Positions 1 to 13,803 of a DNA stretch of 64,000 nucleotides are shown here, piece after piece; the first letter of the stretch is position 1, and each line of letters begins with the position of its first letter. Below the pieces are notes generated by a model. The model ran no database searches, was not told where the DNA came from, and was given only the letters and a program-made list of their open reading frames with translations. The stretch is from positions 25,481,504-25,545,503 of the forward strand of contig OZ037765.1 in the NCBI GenBank assembly GCA_964035545.1, in the 5' to 3' direction. Made by a program: the position numbers and the translations under genes. The DNA is from Bugula neritina (taxonomy: Eukaryota; Animalia; Bryozoa).

Positions 1-539
1 TAAAATTTAAAGACTGGCAAAAAATTTCAATTTTTGGTTTTTCAAAATTTAACCTTCATTTACTACACTTCATGAATGCCGCCAAGTTCCCGGTTTTGTC
101 GTGATGGGTCACATATAACCCAGCCGCATGTCGTTGAGTGCAAATGAATTTTAAACAACGGTCAATATCAACGAAGCGAGGTCATCTCAACACGGTTTAG
201 AGTTATTTTCCCTCTGTAAGCACAGATTATCCGACAGAAAATTTTATTTAAAAATTGTCACTCGTAAAACCAATGGGTTAAAGGACAAGGGTATATTATA
301 CCTCACTCTGGGTAAAACTAATGTAAGCCAGAAGCCCGTAACCACACCATAATTATAAGAGTAATTTTATTAGTATTCTCAATAATTAAATTTATCAACA
401 ATTATAATACAGTTAATAAATTTCAATAATAATACCAATAGTTATAAATGTTACTCGGCCGAGCTTAAGGTTAATGCCTAATCCCGCTAATGTCAATAAT
501 GAATAAACATCAAAATGTTGCCCGCCTGTGGCTGTTGCA

Positions 540-2050
540 CTTGCTCACACTCACAGTCTGAGTCACTTTGACCATTGTTATCACTTATGATTATTCAACT
601 ATAAGATTAAAAAATAATTTGAAATAATTAATAATAATATTAGTATAGTTATTTCATTTTGCAAATAATATTAACTAAGCATCAGCATGACAATCACCAT
701 GTCATTGATTTTATATCACGAAGTCAAACTCAACACTGATGACTCAAACAGTGACAGTCAAAACTCAAATGACCTAATACTCTAATAGTAATACTAATAG
801 TAATAGTAATACTAATACTAATAGTAATTGAAATTCAATCACAATGCAGTCAAATTCTTCTTTTGGTGGTATCAGTATCTGTCTGGTTTTGTCGAACTGA
901 TTTTGTACTGAATTGAAATTAATTGATCTTGATTATTATATCTTTATTCTATAGATATAATATCAATAACACTTTTAGTTTTATATTTGTTGATACGTGA
1001 GCTGTTTTTTGGTGCTAACGGAATTTTACATGATTTGACTTTAGCCTTAGAAAATCGGTTGAAGCAGCATCTAGTTGATGATCACTGAGCGCATTGGTTT
1101 GGTGGTCTCGAATTTGGACAACGATATGTATACAAATACTGTACTCAGTTACCTCCAAATTGGTGCTGTTTCTAGGGGTATTTTTAGCTGTAGTTCAAAA
1201 CTCAAATTTTGATAGTTGAGTGGTATGGTGAGTGATCGATGTACCCGATTTATAGTGCTAACCGGAAACAAGAACTGTGGCATAAAACGTATACTTTTTT
1301 CCGTACCTGTAGGAAAGAGCTGTTCAGTTACTAAAACTCAGTCAAAGTAAAGGTTCGTAAAGCCAAATGGTTGTCTTAGTTAACACTGTTAGCAGTCAAC
1401 ATTGACAGTTTGCAGTCGCAATATTAGAAAAATATACAAGCCATACTAAGAGTAAATATATTTTTGAGTTATTTATTTTTAAGAGTAAGTGAGTTACAGT
1501 TTGAGTTACACTTCCAGTTACTGTTAGTGTTACACTTACTGCTACTACTACTAGCAGTAACTGTAAGTGTAACTGTAACTCACTTACTAGCAGTGCTAGT
1601 GTTATTCTTACTCTTAGTTTTACACTTACTGTAACTGTTGGTGTTACTGTTAGTGTTAGTATTACTTATACTTGAGTTGTTACCAGTTGGCGTTGAGTAG
1701 TACTAGGTCTAGTAGTAAGGGTAAGCTAGGAAAGAAGCAAGGTCTAACTGCAAGACGAAGTCTACCTCTAGGCTCTAACTCTAAGTACTAGAGTCTAGGC
1801 TCATAGGGTAATTTTGTTTAGTTATTTACTATTAGTATTAGTTTTACCATATCATAATCAAATGGAAATTCAAAATAATTAAATGGGAATGTTTTTATAA
1901 CTGATTGATTTGCAATCATTAATAATATAATAATTAGTATTACTATTATCATAATTGTTATTAGCCATTCATATTATACTTGATTATATTTATACTAATA
2001 GTAATACTAATACTAATAGTAGTCACAATAATAGTTATAATGATACTAAA
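540..2050. repeat. Cryptic triplet/hexamer-periodic low-complexity tracts (about 540-840 and 1480-2050) flanking a candidate SNX promoter (ACCGGAAAC at 1261)
   Basis: Runs such as AATAGTAATACTAATAGTAATAGTAATACT and GTTACTGTTAGTGTTACACTTACT. Confidence 0.7.
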
Positions 2051-2647
2051 AGTAAATTAGTTTATATACATATTATAATATTTTTCATATCTTATCTAAA
2101 TGACAAGGTTAATTGAGTATACATATAATATAAATACTTTTTATGATATCACCATTTTTTATGATTAGTAGAATTAAGTGGTTATTGCTTAAACTACATA
2201 CAATGCATAAACCATAAATAGTAAGTAGTTGAAGTTATTGGCATGTACATATCTAGTGAAGTAAGTTGGCAGACGAAAACCTCAGGGTAGCGCAGCACAT
2301 TTTTCTCAAAAAACTAGCAGAGTTTTTGTAAAAATTTTTAAATATTTGTGTTAGCATCTTTGTAAAAATTGTCATTTAAGGCAGTTTATACTAGATGAGT
2401 GTTTACCAATAACTAGCTTTTCATTGATCATGTGCGCTAAATACATTCAAATAAAGATCTTACTTGTTTTGGTGCTGTAGAGCTTGTGAGAAATATCTAT
2501 ATATCTAACTCATTGAGTCATGATAACAAAAAAAGCATATTTAAGCAGCAGAAGAATTAATTTTTCTGCAAAAAGTCAACTAGAGATTATAACAATAAAA
2601 TTACTGTAAATGCATCAAGGTTAAAAGAGTTTATTTTCGAATGCATT

Positions 2648-2868
2648 AAAAAAAACTCACGCAAGTTTATAGTCACCATCCCTGTGAGAAAACCCCTAAT
2701 GGAAGAGGTTTTTTGTTAAATTGGGCTGAGGAATTATTCATATGTGGCACAGGAGCAATTATAACTGGATGCTCTTCCTAACATCACCAATGGCCTTTGT
2801 CTGGGCTCGAACTCATGACTTCGTGCTTACTAGGCAAATGCTCTAACCCCTAGACCAGGGCTGCTCCC
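2648..2868 (-). mobile_element. tRNA-derived SINE, family A (best-preserved copy)
   Basis: On -, a tRNA-like head GGGAGCAGCCCTGGTCTAGGGGTTAGAGC...CTAGTAAGC...GAGTTCGAGCC carries A/B boxes and an AGT anticodon-like loop. The core GGCCATTGGTGATGTTAGGAAGAGCATCCAG and a tail ending GAGTTTTTTTTT follow. The same sequence recurs at 17023, 48401 and 63257. Confidence 0.85.
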
Positions 2869-3316
2869 TATATTTTTAAATGCATTGGCTAATCACTATT
2901 ATAATATAAAATCATACATGCAGTGACTCGGTGTGTATGACCCAGGCATAATAGTTGCAATCCACTGCTGTCTGCAATGTTCATAGATATAGAATTGCAT
3001 AAAGTTCTTCCGAATCCGAAATTTCGAAACTATGTTAAATATTCTTCAAAGCTCTTATATATTAATTTCAACCTAATCTGCATTTTCTTTTTAGTTATTT
3101 CTATTTTACTGTAATAAAGAGATTGGAAAAAAAGGTCAATTTCTAGCCAAAAAGTTTTCTTTTAATGCCTCCAATGATGTTTATACCTATTGAATTTCAG
3201 TTTTTTTTACTGCTGAAACTAAATTTGTATTTCTATGCTAGGTTACTTGTTGTCTAAACTTTTAAAACATTATGATATCAAATTATATATTATTTCAGGT
3301 GAGATCTCTTGTAGAG

Positions 3317-6300
3317 ATGGCTGATCCATTGTCAATGTTAGCTGATGACCTAGAAGACGAGGAAATTGAAATTGATACGTCCTCAAGTACTAATGATAAA
3401 TTACAAAATTCAAGTGTGTCTCAGGAGAAAACTGATGACATTGATCATGATGCTTCACATTCAAGTGCGGAACATGAACCTGGCTCAAAGGATTTGGATG
3501 TATGTATATTTATTAATGCATAATTGGCTGTTTACTAGAGAAACAGTAATTATGTGTTCAAGAAAATTTCATTTGTAGAATTTCGTTTAAGAGCTTTTGT
3601 TTCAGTTTATATGATTCATTATTCAAGTGCATTGATTTGCTTTGCTTGGCATTTGATGAGCTTGACATTTTAATAGAAATTGTCAAACTGAAACATAATG
3701 TTAGCTATATTAATAATTTTTGAGAAAATCAAGAGATTTGAAAAGTTTTTTCAAGGTAGGAGTATAGGGCAGGCTTAATTTTTTTAAAGCATTTTTCATT
3801 TTTTACACAGCTACAATCCCATCATTACTGTATAAGTTAATTTTTTATTTTCATGTGAACAAAAATGGCAATTGATATGTTTTAATAATGTCTTTCTTAT
3901 TCTGTTATATCAGCTGTAATGACGTGTATTATTTATAATGTTAGACTCCAAGTAGTGATAATTTTTTGTATTCAAGTTTGTTTGCTGACTTAAGCTTCAT
4001 AGTTTCAAACTGTTCCAAGTAAAATCTAGATTCATTTTTATGTGCCAAGAATCAATTTTCTGTTTTATATTATTAATGAAAAGAAGTGAACGAAAAATAA
4101 ACCATAGTTGGTATTCTTTTTTTGAAAACAGATAGCTTTGTGTAAGTTTTTCATCATTACTGTAATTCATGCCATTTCAAGGTTTTCTCATTAATTATTC
4201 ATGTATTGGTGCCAGAACCACTCTATATACCGGTTGTTAAATTTTTGACTAGTTAACAATTTCTACTAACCAGATTTTTTATATAAATCTTAGCATGAAT
4301 TAGAAATTAAATTTTATAATTGGAAAGACAGCTTGCTTTTTTTAGATGTAAGGGAAATTTAGGTTATTGGTCAATTTTAATGACTTTGATCATATTCTTT
4401 GAGCCTTTCAGCTAATAGATGTATTGTTTTCAAGTTCATATCAACTTTAAAAACCAAATCCTAAATTCGGACATGAATTTCATTAGGTTTTATTATCTAT
4501 AATAGGATTATATGGGACCGAGTGTCAACAATAACAAAAGAGTAAGTAGTTTAGAGTCACACTACCTCAGTCTAACTCTATGTCAGACTTTTTACTTGTA
4601 CTCAGCCTCAGTGTGCTAATACTTTGGCGTTTCAATTATTTTAAAAATGATGCTTGATGGTTTTCCCCATATCACGGCAAGACTATAAGAAATATATATT
4701 GGACTTGAAGTACCCTTTTGAATGTATATATCTTGTGTTTTCATAAAGCACCTGTTGACAAAGGTTTTGTCAATATACCACAGATTGTTCCATGTTTGAT
4801 AGTATGATAAAAGCAGTACATGCTACCCAAAAATGACAGATTGGCTATTTGTGCAAGAATTTGATGACTTTTCAGTCATTAGAAATTCATTTTCTGTAGA
4901 GAGAGGGAAATATAGACAGTCCATTATCAGATAATTTTGATATACTTGCAAAAATTGATGAAGAGATGGGCAGTGCTCCCCAGGATTTAGCAGTTACAGT
5001 CGACAATCCTGAGAAAGTAGTGAAGACCATGGAGTCCTACATTGCCTTTAGCGTCAAAACTAAGGTGACTATAGTAATATAATATATTAGTCACTCTAAT
5101 AAGGATTTTGTGTACTTCTTTTGCTATAAAGTAGAACGTCATTTCTTTTGATTTTTAGTGTGGTGAAATTCAGTAGATCGCACACTATTATTACTATAGA
5201 CTATTATCATCTCAAATGTCTTTACTTTCAACTTCAGACTACAAGAAGTAACTTTGAGGATCCTGAATATAACGTCAAAAGAAGATACAATGACTTCTTA
5301 TGGTTACGTCAACAAATTGAAGAGAAAAACCCAGCTTTAATTATACCAGTAAGTTTCCTGTTTTAACAAATAAACTGATAGCTTTGTTGTACAATGATAT
5401 TGTTGCATTGCTGAGAAATATACTCGATATGATATTGTAACTTAATTTATCATATTTTAAGATTTTATGGGATAGCTGTTAGAATTTAAGATAATATATA
5501 TGATGAAGTTTCCACATATCTGTGCTAAAATTTGTCCTTGCTAATGAGAAGGGCACAGAGAAAGTTATTGCTAAAGTTATTCATGCTATCATTGTACAGT
5601 TGCTCTGTAAGAGGTATATTATTTGCTTTACTACTTACTATCTCATAGTTCATTCCCTTTCTTGCTTCACTATATCAGTCAATTAAATCAGCATTTGAAA
5701 ACTGCATTTGGGCTTTTTAGAGCAAGCTAAGCAACTTATGTTGCACTTACTGTTATATATATTAGCTTGTATTAACACATTACTAAATAGGGATGGGGTA
5801 AAGCAAAGATAAGTGCTTTTAGGTAACAACTTGTTTTGTTTTGTTATAGCCTCTTCCTGAAAAGCACAATCTGACAATTGACAGATTCGATAAAGAATTT
5901 GTTAAATTTCGGCAAGTTGCATTGGACCGGTTTATGAAAAGATTGAGTTTACATCCTATAACATCACAGGACTCTACTCTCAAAGCTTTTCTCACTCTAG
6001 ATGGCAGTGTAAGATACTAAGCGCAAATTGTTTTTATATGTCCATGTTGTGAAATTAAAAACTGCTGCAGCAAGTTATTTGTATTGTAGCTAAGTCTATG
6101 GTTTTTACTGAATTACCAGATTTATATTTTGTCTGGTATATTTTTCTCTTTTGCTATAACTATCCATGTTCTCAGCATTTTCTAATGCAATCCCCCTTCC
6201 CCCCCCCCCCCCATGTCTTTTATTTTCATTACTTATGGACCAGCAGCTATTAGTTATTTCACAGTCACAAAAGTAACTGCTACAATACTTTAATTCAACA

Positions 6301-9300
6301 GAGATGATATTAGTTGAGATAATTTGTGTGTAATACATGTTTGTAGTTGAACTACAAATTAATATTCATTTTAAAACCCCGCCTAAATGATTTGGCATAG
6401 TGATTGTAACTTGCTAGGAGTTTCAAGTATTTAAGAAGCAAGGAGCTGGACTATTATCCCGTGTAACCAAGTCGTTGAGTACCAAAGGTGGCAGTCTGAT
6501 GCTGAAGAATCGAGCTGAGGAATACAGCAAGATGTACGAATATGCTCAATCATTTGGACAGAAAATGGCCATCTTTGAGAGAATTGCCCTCAGGGTTTCA
6601 AGTGAACAAAATGGTATTTTGATTAGAGATTCCTTTATAGAAATGCTTTACTTAGTTGTAACTGTACCGTTGGTTTTAAACTCTAGTTATGAAAAGCGAT
6701 GTTCTACGATAATAATGTTGAAAGGTTAATTAATCATATTCTTTGCTTTTCATTCTAATTTTCTAATCAATGTAGGCTACTATTTGCTAATCCTTGTAGT
6801 CTAGACAATAGCTTCTTTTATCATAATGAGTTACCTTATAGCAATAGCAACTACTAACTCATTTTAATTTTTGCAAAATTTTATTTTTAGAGCAAAATAA
6901 ATGTTCATTTTTCACGCAAGCATTGCCCCAGGATTGTTTATTCATGTTCTATGGTGTTTTGCTTCAGATTACCTCCAAGCTTTGGCGGGCTATGTACCGG
7001 CTTATGAAGAGTGGGCGGCTAAAGAAACTGAACTTGCTGGAAATCTTTCGGCAATGGCAAAGTTGATGTCTTCATTGCATGATAATCTTAAGTCAATGGT
7101 ATAAAAACACGTTTTCTCTACAACTTGTGTAATGCAGGGTTTATACTGCATGATAGAATTTGTTTAAAGACTTTTCCTTCACATAGAGAACTCTTGTATA
7201 ACAAATATGTTTATGCTGGATAGATTTGATAGTTCAAGCTTTTTAACGGTAAAAATGTCAGCTTTATAAAGTGCTTCAAAAATAAAAAGCTATTTGAAAA
7301 CCAATTAAGTCTTCAAGGTATGTTTATTCTTGCTTTTACATGAGCTCTTAGTTTTCTCAATTCTCTCTTGTTCTGTTACGGTGCTGTAGAGCAAGTTTAT
7401 AAATAAATTAGACATCTGTAAGTTCCTTGCATGAAATATTATTGTTTAAATTAAATGAGCTAATATACAGTGTTTTAATGTTGCAGGTAGATGAAACCAG
7501 CTTGAAGATAATTTTACCCACAAAAGAATATTTCTTGTTCACTGACTCTATTAAGGTTTGTCTTTCCTATGTTTTTTGGCACACGCATGCTATGTGCAGG
7601 TTTTATATTATGATCAGGCAATTCTCAACTTGTGGGCTAATTTTTGTATCTGCATCATTTTTTGTGAAAATAGCACAGGGTCTACTGGACAAGTAGCTGC
7701 ATGCTAAGCTAATTTTGTGGTGAAGTGCTGTCTGGCAGAAATAAGTGGAGTGGGAAACTATGATTAGATAAGGCTACATCCTAAGCTAGATTTATTTCAT
7801 GGAATAATACATTTTTGCTATTTCAAAAATACTGAAGCTCTTAGATGGGAATTTGATTTCTCCTACATTTTAGTAATAGCTGTTATTGGGGGGTAGCAAC
7901 ACATACAAAGGACTTGCCTGGCTCTATTCAAACTTGATAGTCACAAAAAGTGGTTAAATTTCTTACCCAAATGAAGTTTCGTGTTATTAGTCACTGGTAT
8001 CTTCTAACATAGGCCAACAATTTTAAAAGGCAATTGTGGGAATCTAGCTCCTTTGCCATTGATGCATATAGTTGATTTTCTGTAAATGGATACTTGATTT
8101 TCCAGTGTTGGCTCTACTTCCTTTGTAAGATAGAGGCATTTATGCTATAAAGAGCTGATCAAACAGCTAAGCAAATATCATGTCACTAGCTAATAGTAAC
8201 ATTACCTAGCTGTAATTCTATGCCACTGAAGTCTCGGCCCATATTCTTAGGTTGATTAGCACTTTCCAATCATGGATAACTTGCAATACTTATTGCTTAG
8301 TATTTTGGTGAATATGTTTAGTTTGATTATTATTGATATGCAGTATACTGTTGGTATATTTAGATAGTGTGTGCAATTGAATAACTTCATTACAAAATTG
8401 AGTATCATTGTGACCACCAACTACAAAATATGATTATAACTTCATAAAAAGTCTTAGAAAAAAAATTGGTTTCACTGGGGTTCGAACCCAGGACCTTCTG
8501 CGTGTGAAGCAGACGTGATAGCCACTACACTATGAAACCTCCGTGAAAAGGCAATGCATATTTGAGAACTGCTTCAACATTTCAATCGCCTCGAGCAAAT
8601 TACGATTTTGTATTTGTCTTTTTATTCCTGGTACAAGTGCACCAGGTTGTTAGTACTTTAAAATCATTATAACAGTAATAACATAATAATATTATTTTTG
8701 TGCTGCTTGCTGGTATTCCAACAACTAAAGAAGATTAAGATAAAATTGGAAGGACAACTTCCAAGTTTAAAAAATAGCAGTTGCTTTTAGACACGAGATA
8801 GAAAAAAACTGTCACGTGTATGAGTCCCTTCTTGCCCGCTTTCTATTCCATGTAGGCTCAAAAGAATTTTTTTTATTCATATTTTGCTTCGGTTCTTCTG
8901 AAAATTGTTGCAGCTTTATCCAAGATAAATATAGGAAAAATATAATACAAGTAGAAATGTTGATATCTGTTAGGAAGAATAGAGTGCATAGTGCCTCCAC
9001 ATTTACAGCATAGCAGTTTAAAATCTGAGACAACCTTGGTAATTTAAGAATTGAATGTTGTTAAAAAGACCCATCTTATTGTTTATTCAAGTTTATCTAG
9101 TATTTTAAGGTTCAAACTTTGTTAGAAACTCCATAGATTTAAAACCTCCATTGATTAGATCATCACTTCATTTCCATAAAAAATTTCCTCATCAAACTGC
9201 CTTTGGCTGTGAGTTGTTGGCATACTGTGATATAGATCTGTAGTTGCCTTTAGAGAAGATTCATATTGATGTTATGCTCATTAAACTGCCAATCCTAAGT

Positions 9301-12300
9301 TATCCTGTGTTAGTACCGGGACTAGATTAGCTGAAAAAGCTTCGGTCAATTCACTGTTGTAACTTTAAAGTCACTTTATTACAATTTTTACTAGCTCTAT
9401 AGTCAACAATTCAAACATGCTAAATGTACATTCTGAATGTACTAAAGTCTAAACTATTGATCTAAAGTAGAATGTTTTTATCTTAAACCCATCTACTGTT
9501 GTAATTATTATAGAATACCAGTCACTGTTCATGTAATCATAATTATTGCGTTATCTGTCAGTAAATACAATGCCTACGAGACACCGTGTCTACATGAGGG
9601 AGTTGCTAGCAGCTCCTGACATCTCATCTAGCCAATGTCTCAGTGATTCTGGCATTTAATGTACTCTGCAAGCTCAGCCCACTCTCTTGGGAGAATTGCT
9701 ATTGTCATGCTACCAGCACCAGAGCTTGCATTTTGTGCTAACTTAATATAGGAAAACTACCATTGGCTGTTGTAAAAACTTCTGCCCCACTGGGAATTGC
9801 ACCTCAGACTTCTAACTTGCAAGCTAACCAGTACACTATGGGGCTACTGGGGAATCACAGCACCACAACTTTTTCCTCCATTTTGTAGGCTGCTCTTACC
9901 AGCCGAGATGCCTTGCAGCATGAACTGGAAGTGATCACAGAAGAGCTGGTAAAGTGTAGAGAGGAAAAACAGCAGGTGTGGCTTGGAGATCATTATGTCT
10001 TGTGTTTTCTTTCTATTATACACTAATATTTACATCATCCTGTAATTAATTTGTACTATTTCAGAAAGTTGATAATGCTAAGTTGAAATGTCAATTTGTA
10101 GCAAATATTTTTAGATGGATGAGGGAACAGAAAGTAAAGGCTTTTTAAGTAGAAGTAATACTGAAGAGGCGACGCAAGCAAAAGCTGATAAACTCAGTGG
10201 AAGGATTAGTGAGGTGCAAAAACTCATTCTCTTTTCACAGAGGGCACTCAAAACTGAGTCAAGTTTTATAGCATATAATACATATTATGTTAATAGCCCC
10301 TCTCTACAAACACTTGTAGTACAACTTACAGTGCCTCAACATTCTGTACTGTTTGCATGCACTACGTTAAACTTGCATCACAATCCTTCTATTTTTAACT
10401 TCTATTTTAACAGCTCACGTTCCTAGTTCATAACATGTTATTTCCATTTATACTACAGCTATAGATGCTGAATTCATCTTTAAAACTGCTGCTGTGTAAA
10501 ACCAGATAGCTGTGACTTCCTCATTACAGTTCCATTAGGTTCCATTGCTTCAAATTATGGGAATGGATAATTTTATGGATGAATTTGTGGTTGTGATTTC
10601 CTTCAATGCAGCTGTTTCCAGACATCAATGAGAAGAAATCCATTCAAATAACGCCGAAGTTTGGAAATATCCGAATAGAGAGTTTTTTCACGCAGTGAAT
10701 GGGCAACGAAGCTCTTTTTTGCTGTAGTATGAGGGGCCATTAAGCTTGTTTGCTTGCATTATCAATACATATATTTTGGGTATGCAGTACACCATAGCTA
10801 TAATTCTTGTAATTTGCACTTCAACAGTTGGAGAATGCCCATGCTCAGTGCAAGACTAAGTTGGAGGAGAGAAACTTGGAACTTAAGACAGACATGGAGA
10901 GGTGGCACCTGGGTAAGAAGGCAGACATGAAGGAGTGGCTCTGTGGCATGGCTGACAGACATATTGATACATATGACAAGGTAGGGGTGCTTTACCTGCC
11001 ACCACTTTGCTCATTTCCTGAGGTTTTAACCAATAAAAATCCCGGAAATATATTTACTTTTTAATAAATTGTAAGGTGTTCCAAAATTAATTTAATTCAG
11101 TATTTCAACAATCTTGTGTGAAGGCAGCAAATTCATTACAAATTTTTCAAATAAATTGAAACCTTCCTTTACTTGAGAGATCTTAGCTTCTTTTCAACGT
11201 AGATTAAGTGAGTAGTTACTCTGTAGTATATAGTAGTTACTCTCTAGTATATAGTATCTACTCTGCAGTATATAGTATCTACTCTGCAGTATATAGTAGT
11301 TACTCTGTAGTATATAGTAGTTACTCTGTAGTATATAGTATCTACTCTCCAGTATATAGTGGTTACTCTGCAGTATATAGTAGTTACTCTGTAGTATATA
11401 GTAGTTACTCTGTAGTATATAGTAGTTACTCTGTAGTATATAGTAGTTACTCTGTAGTATATAGTAGTTACTCTGCAGTATATAGTGGTTACTCTGTAGT
11501 ATATAGTAGTTACTCTGCAGTATATAGTAGTTACTCTGTAGTATATAGTATCTACTCTCCAGTATATAGTGGTTACTCTGCAGTATATAGTAGTTACTCT
11601 GTAGTATATAGTAGTTACTCTGTAGTATATAGTAGTTACTCTGTAGTATATAGTAGTTACTCTGTAGTATATAGTATCTACTCTCCAGTATATAGTAGTT
11701 ACTCTGTAGTATATAGTAGTTACTCTGTAGTATATAGTGGTTACTCTGTAGTATAAACTGCATTTCTATTGCTTCCATTATTTAAATGGATTTTTCATTC
11801 CATTGAATCCGTAAGGAAGATGGATTTCGTTGAGTTCCTATGCAAAGTTGTCTTTTTATTAAAGAAAACAGCTCCTTTTCAACTTTGCCAGCCTAATTAA
11901 TAAATTAATATAGAATGGGGATTTTTTTAGAATGGAATTTCCTTCGGTGCAACCATTTTCACGGGTGAATTAAAATTCCATTCGCACAATTTGAATCGTA
12001 GAAAAACCATGATTTGATGTTTGGAAACAGTTGCATCGAATGAATGAAACCACACCGATAAATTCATGCAAATCACTGCAACCACAAATTTATCCATACA
12101 GCATCCATTCTAAGCCATGGAACTGCAGTGTATCACTCAGATACTCTGATGTACTGACTGGGGCGTGTTTTGACTTGTATTGTGGCTTTCCTAACTCACA
12201 TCACGTGTTTGTGGCTAACATTGAGTCATATGACTATGAGCTGTTGTATGCTCTCGTGTTATTTAGTGTGATAGTTCAACAATTAAACTGAGAATATTTC

Positions 12301-12369
12301 TTATTTCAGCAAATAGCATCCCTGGAGAACACCCTAGAAGCACTAAAGAACAGCATTAGCTCCAAATAA
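3317..12369 (+). CDS. SNX30: Sorting nexin, SNX7/SNX30 (PX-BAR) family; 11 coding exons: 3317-3499, 4900-5064, 5238-5348, 5850-6008, 6418-6613, 6968-7098, 7487-7555, 9889-9975, 10115-10213, 10828-10980, 12310-12369
   Basis: Spliced translation gives a PX domain ([70 protein letters not shown]...RQVALDRFMKRLSLHP). A helical BAR region follows, ending in DMERWHLGKKADMKEWL. All junctions are GT-AG and phase-compatible. SNX7 and SNX30 cannot be separated; this is probably the single invertebrate co-orthologue. Confidence 0.9.
8458..8465 (-). terminator. RNA polymerase III oligo-T terminator of tRNA-Val
   Basis: A run of 8 A on + (T8 on -) begins 1 nt after the tRNA discriminator base. Confidence 0.85.
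8467..8539 (-). tRNA. tRNA-Val(CAC), antisense within SNX intron 7
   Basis: Reverse complement is GGTTTCATAGTGTAGTGGCTATCACGTCTGCTTCACACGCAGAAGGTCCTGGGTTCGAACCCCAGTGAAACCA (73 nt). It has the acceptor stem GGTTTCA/TGAAACC, anticodon arm TCTGC-TT-CAC-AC-GCAGA, T-loop GTTCGAAC, and intact A and B boxes. Confidence 0.97.
9560..9845 (-). mobile_element. Probable second tRNA-derived SINE or tRNA relic
   Basis: On -, GCCCCATAGTGTACTGGTTAG...GAGGTGCAATTCCCAGTGGGGC has self-complementary ends, an A box and a decayed B box, but the anticodon arm is collapsed. A GC-richer body follows. The 3' boundary is approximate and there is only one copy in the window. Confidence 0.45.
11211..11755. repeat. 21-bp minisatellite, about 26 copies (consensus TAGTTACTCTGTAGTATATAG), in SNX intron 10
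   Basis: Directly visible tandem array with recurring variants (TATCTACTCTCCAG.., TGGTTACTCTGCAG..). It explains the repetitive ORFs on both strands. Confidence 0.97.
11757..12130. mobile_element. MITE, CACTG-terminal family (longer, degenerate copy)
   Basis: Ends ACTGCATTTCTATT...ATGGAACTGCAGTG. Internal segments (AATGGATTTTTCATTC; GGAAACAGTT.CATCG; AACCACAAAT..ATCC) match 59826-59990. Confidence 0.65.
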
Positions 12370-13803
12370 CCTTCTGATGTGCCTAAGCATGCCTCGTAAG
12401 CAATGCAAACCAGTTACTGTTACAGAAGAACACTGATTAGATATATGACTCTTTTCTGTTGCCTTGTCACAGTTTCTCTAGTCTACTGAATTTATGTTGT
12501 GCAAAATAGTTTATTAACATATTGACTCAGTATCCTTAGCATATCTACTGGACTTATCAAAAAGCTAAAATGAGAATTGGTAATACATTCCTGATCACTA
12601 GACCTCTTAGATAACAACAAAGCACTCATAAAGTAGCAAATTTTCTATAAAAAAATTATGTTTCTTGTCTCTGTAAAATTACTGGATTTATTTATTTTTT
12701 TGATTACTGTTATTATTTTTCGTAATTTTTACTTTTCAATAAAAAAGTTACATGATTTTCTAATGTTTGGCAATACAATGATATTATCCATTGATATACT
12801 AATTTTCATCGATTTTAATAAAAAGTATTTATACTGATTGTATTGCAAATCTCATATGTTAACCCATAAACTCTTTTATACAATAGTAATTATATACATG
12901 TATATGCTCTGGTCCTTTAGTCACTGCTCTGGAAAATATATTTAGTAACAGCCATTACCACTCAACAGATGAACATTTAGGTGCACTGAGGACGAAATTC
13001 AATAAGTTTTTGTTATTTACTTTGTAAATTGTTGCATTAAATGGCCTTAAATGAGAAATGTGGATGTGCACTCAATACTTGGCACACATATACGCTGGCA
13101 ATATTCCTTCACCACTTCCTAACTCATAAAATCCCTTACTTGTTGCATGATTATTGTTTATTTGGCTGACTATGTTCTCTATTCTTGTGAAATTTTCCCA
13201 GATAGTTTGTTTTGCAATCTCTCATCAGGAGTCACCAAGTATCAGTCTGTGAATCAGCAGCATTTTCACAACTTGATTTGTGGTGGAGAAAACATTAGTT
13301 TTGGTATAATGTCCTTATAAAATGTCATTACCATCACCACTACTATTCATAGCATTTATCAGCAGCTGCTACTGCTGCTGAAATCATAAATTATCTTTTA
13401 AATTTACAGCTGAAATCCCTCAGTTTTATGTGCAGCTGTTCTAAATCACTGACAGTAGCCATTATTGATAATTTTTGGCTTTAATCAACTCGAGGTCAGA
13501 AATAGCCTAACAACCATACCACATTTGACAACATTGAACTTTTCAGACCCTTTAGTTTAGTTGAATTTGCCCATTCAAAATTACATCATTATGCATAATT
13601 TAATATGTAGAATATTCACAATTACATAATAACAGTACATACATCTATAATTACAAGAAGCTGTTTACAATACAAACTAAGAAAGTATATCACTGCCATA
13701 AGCAAAATGTACTTGACAGCTTTGTGGGATAGGTTTGCTCGTGGTCTATTCAATATTTTGCGAATTATGTATATTGAAACGGTATTTTTTTCTATTTGCA
13801 TTT

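Noticed and set aside
119-277. Possible piggyBac-like MITE (TAA-CCCA...TGGG-TTAA)
   Set aside because: The inverted match is only a few bases, the left TTAA is imperfect, and there is no second copy in the window.
9780-9845. Second tRNA gene
   Set aside because: The anticodon arm is missing and the B box is mutated (GGTGCAATTCC); treated as a SINE head or relic.
11194-11778. 194-aa (-) and 182-aa (+) ORFs with YYILQSN / YSSYSVV repeats
   Set aside because: They are translations of a 21-bp intronic minisatellite. A unit length divisible by 3 keeps frames open by chance, and there is no splice or promoter support.
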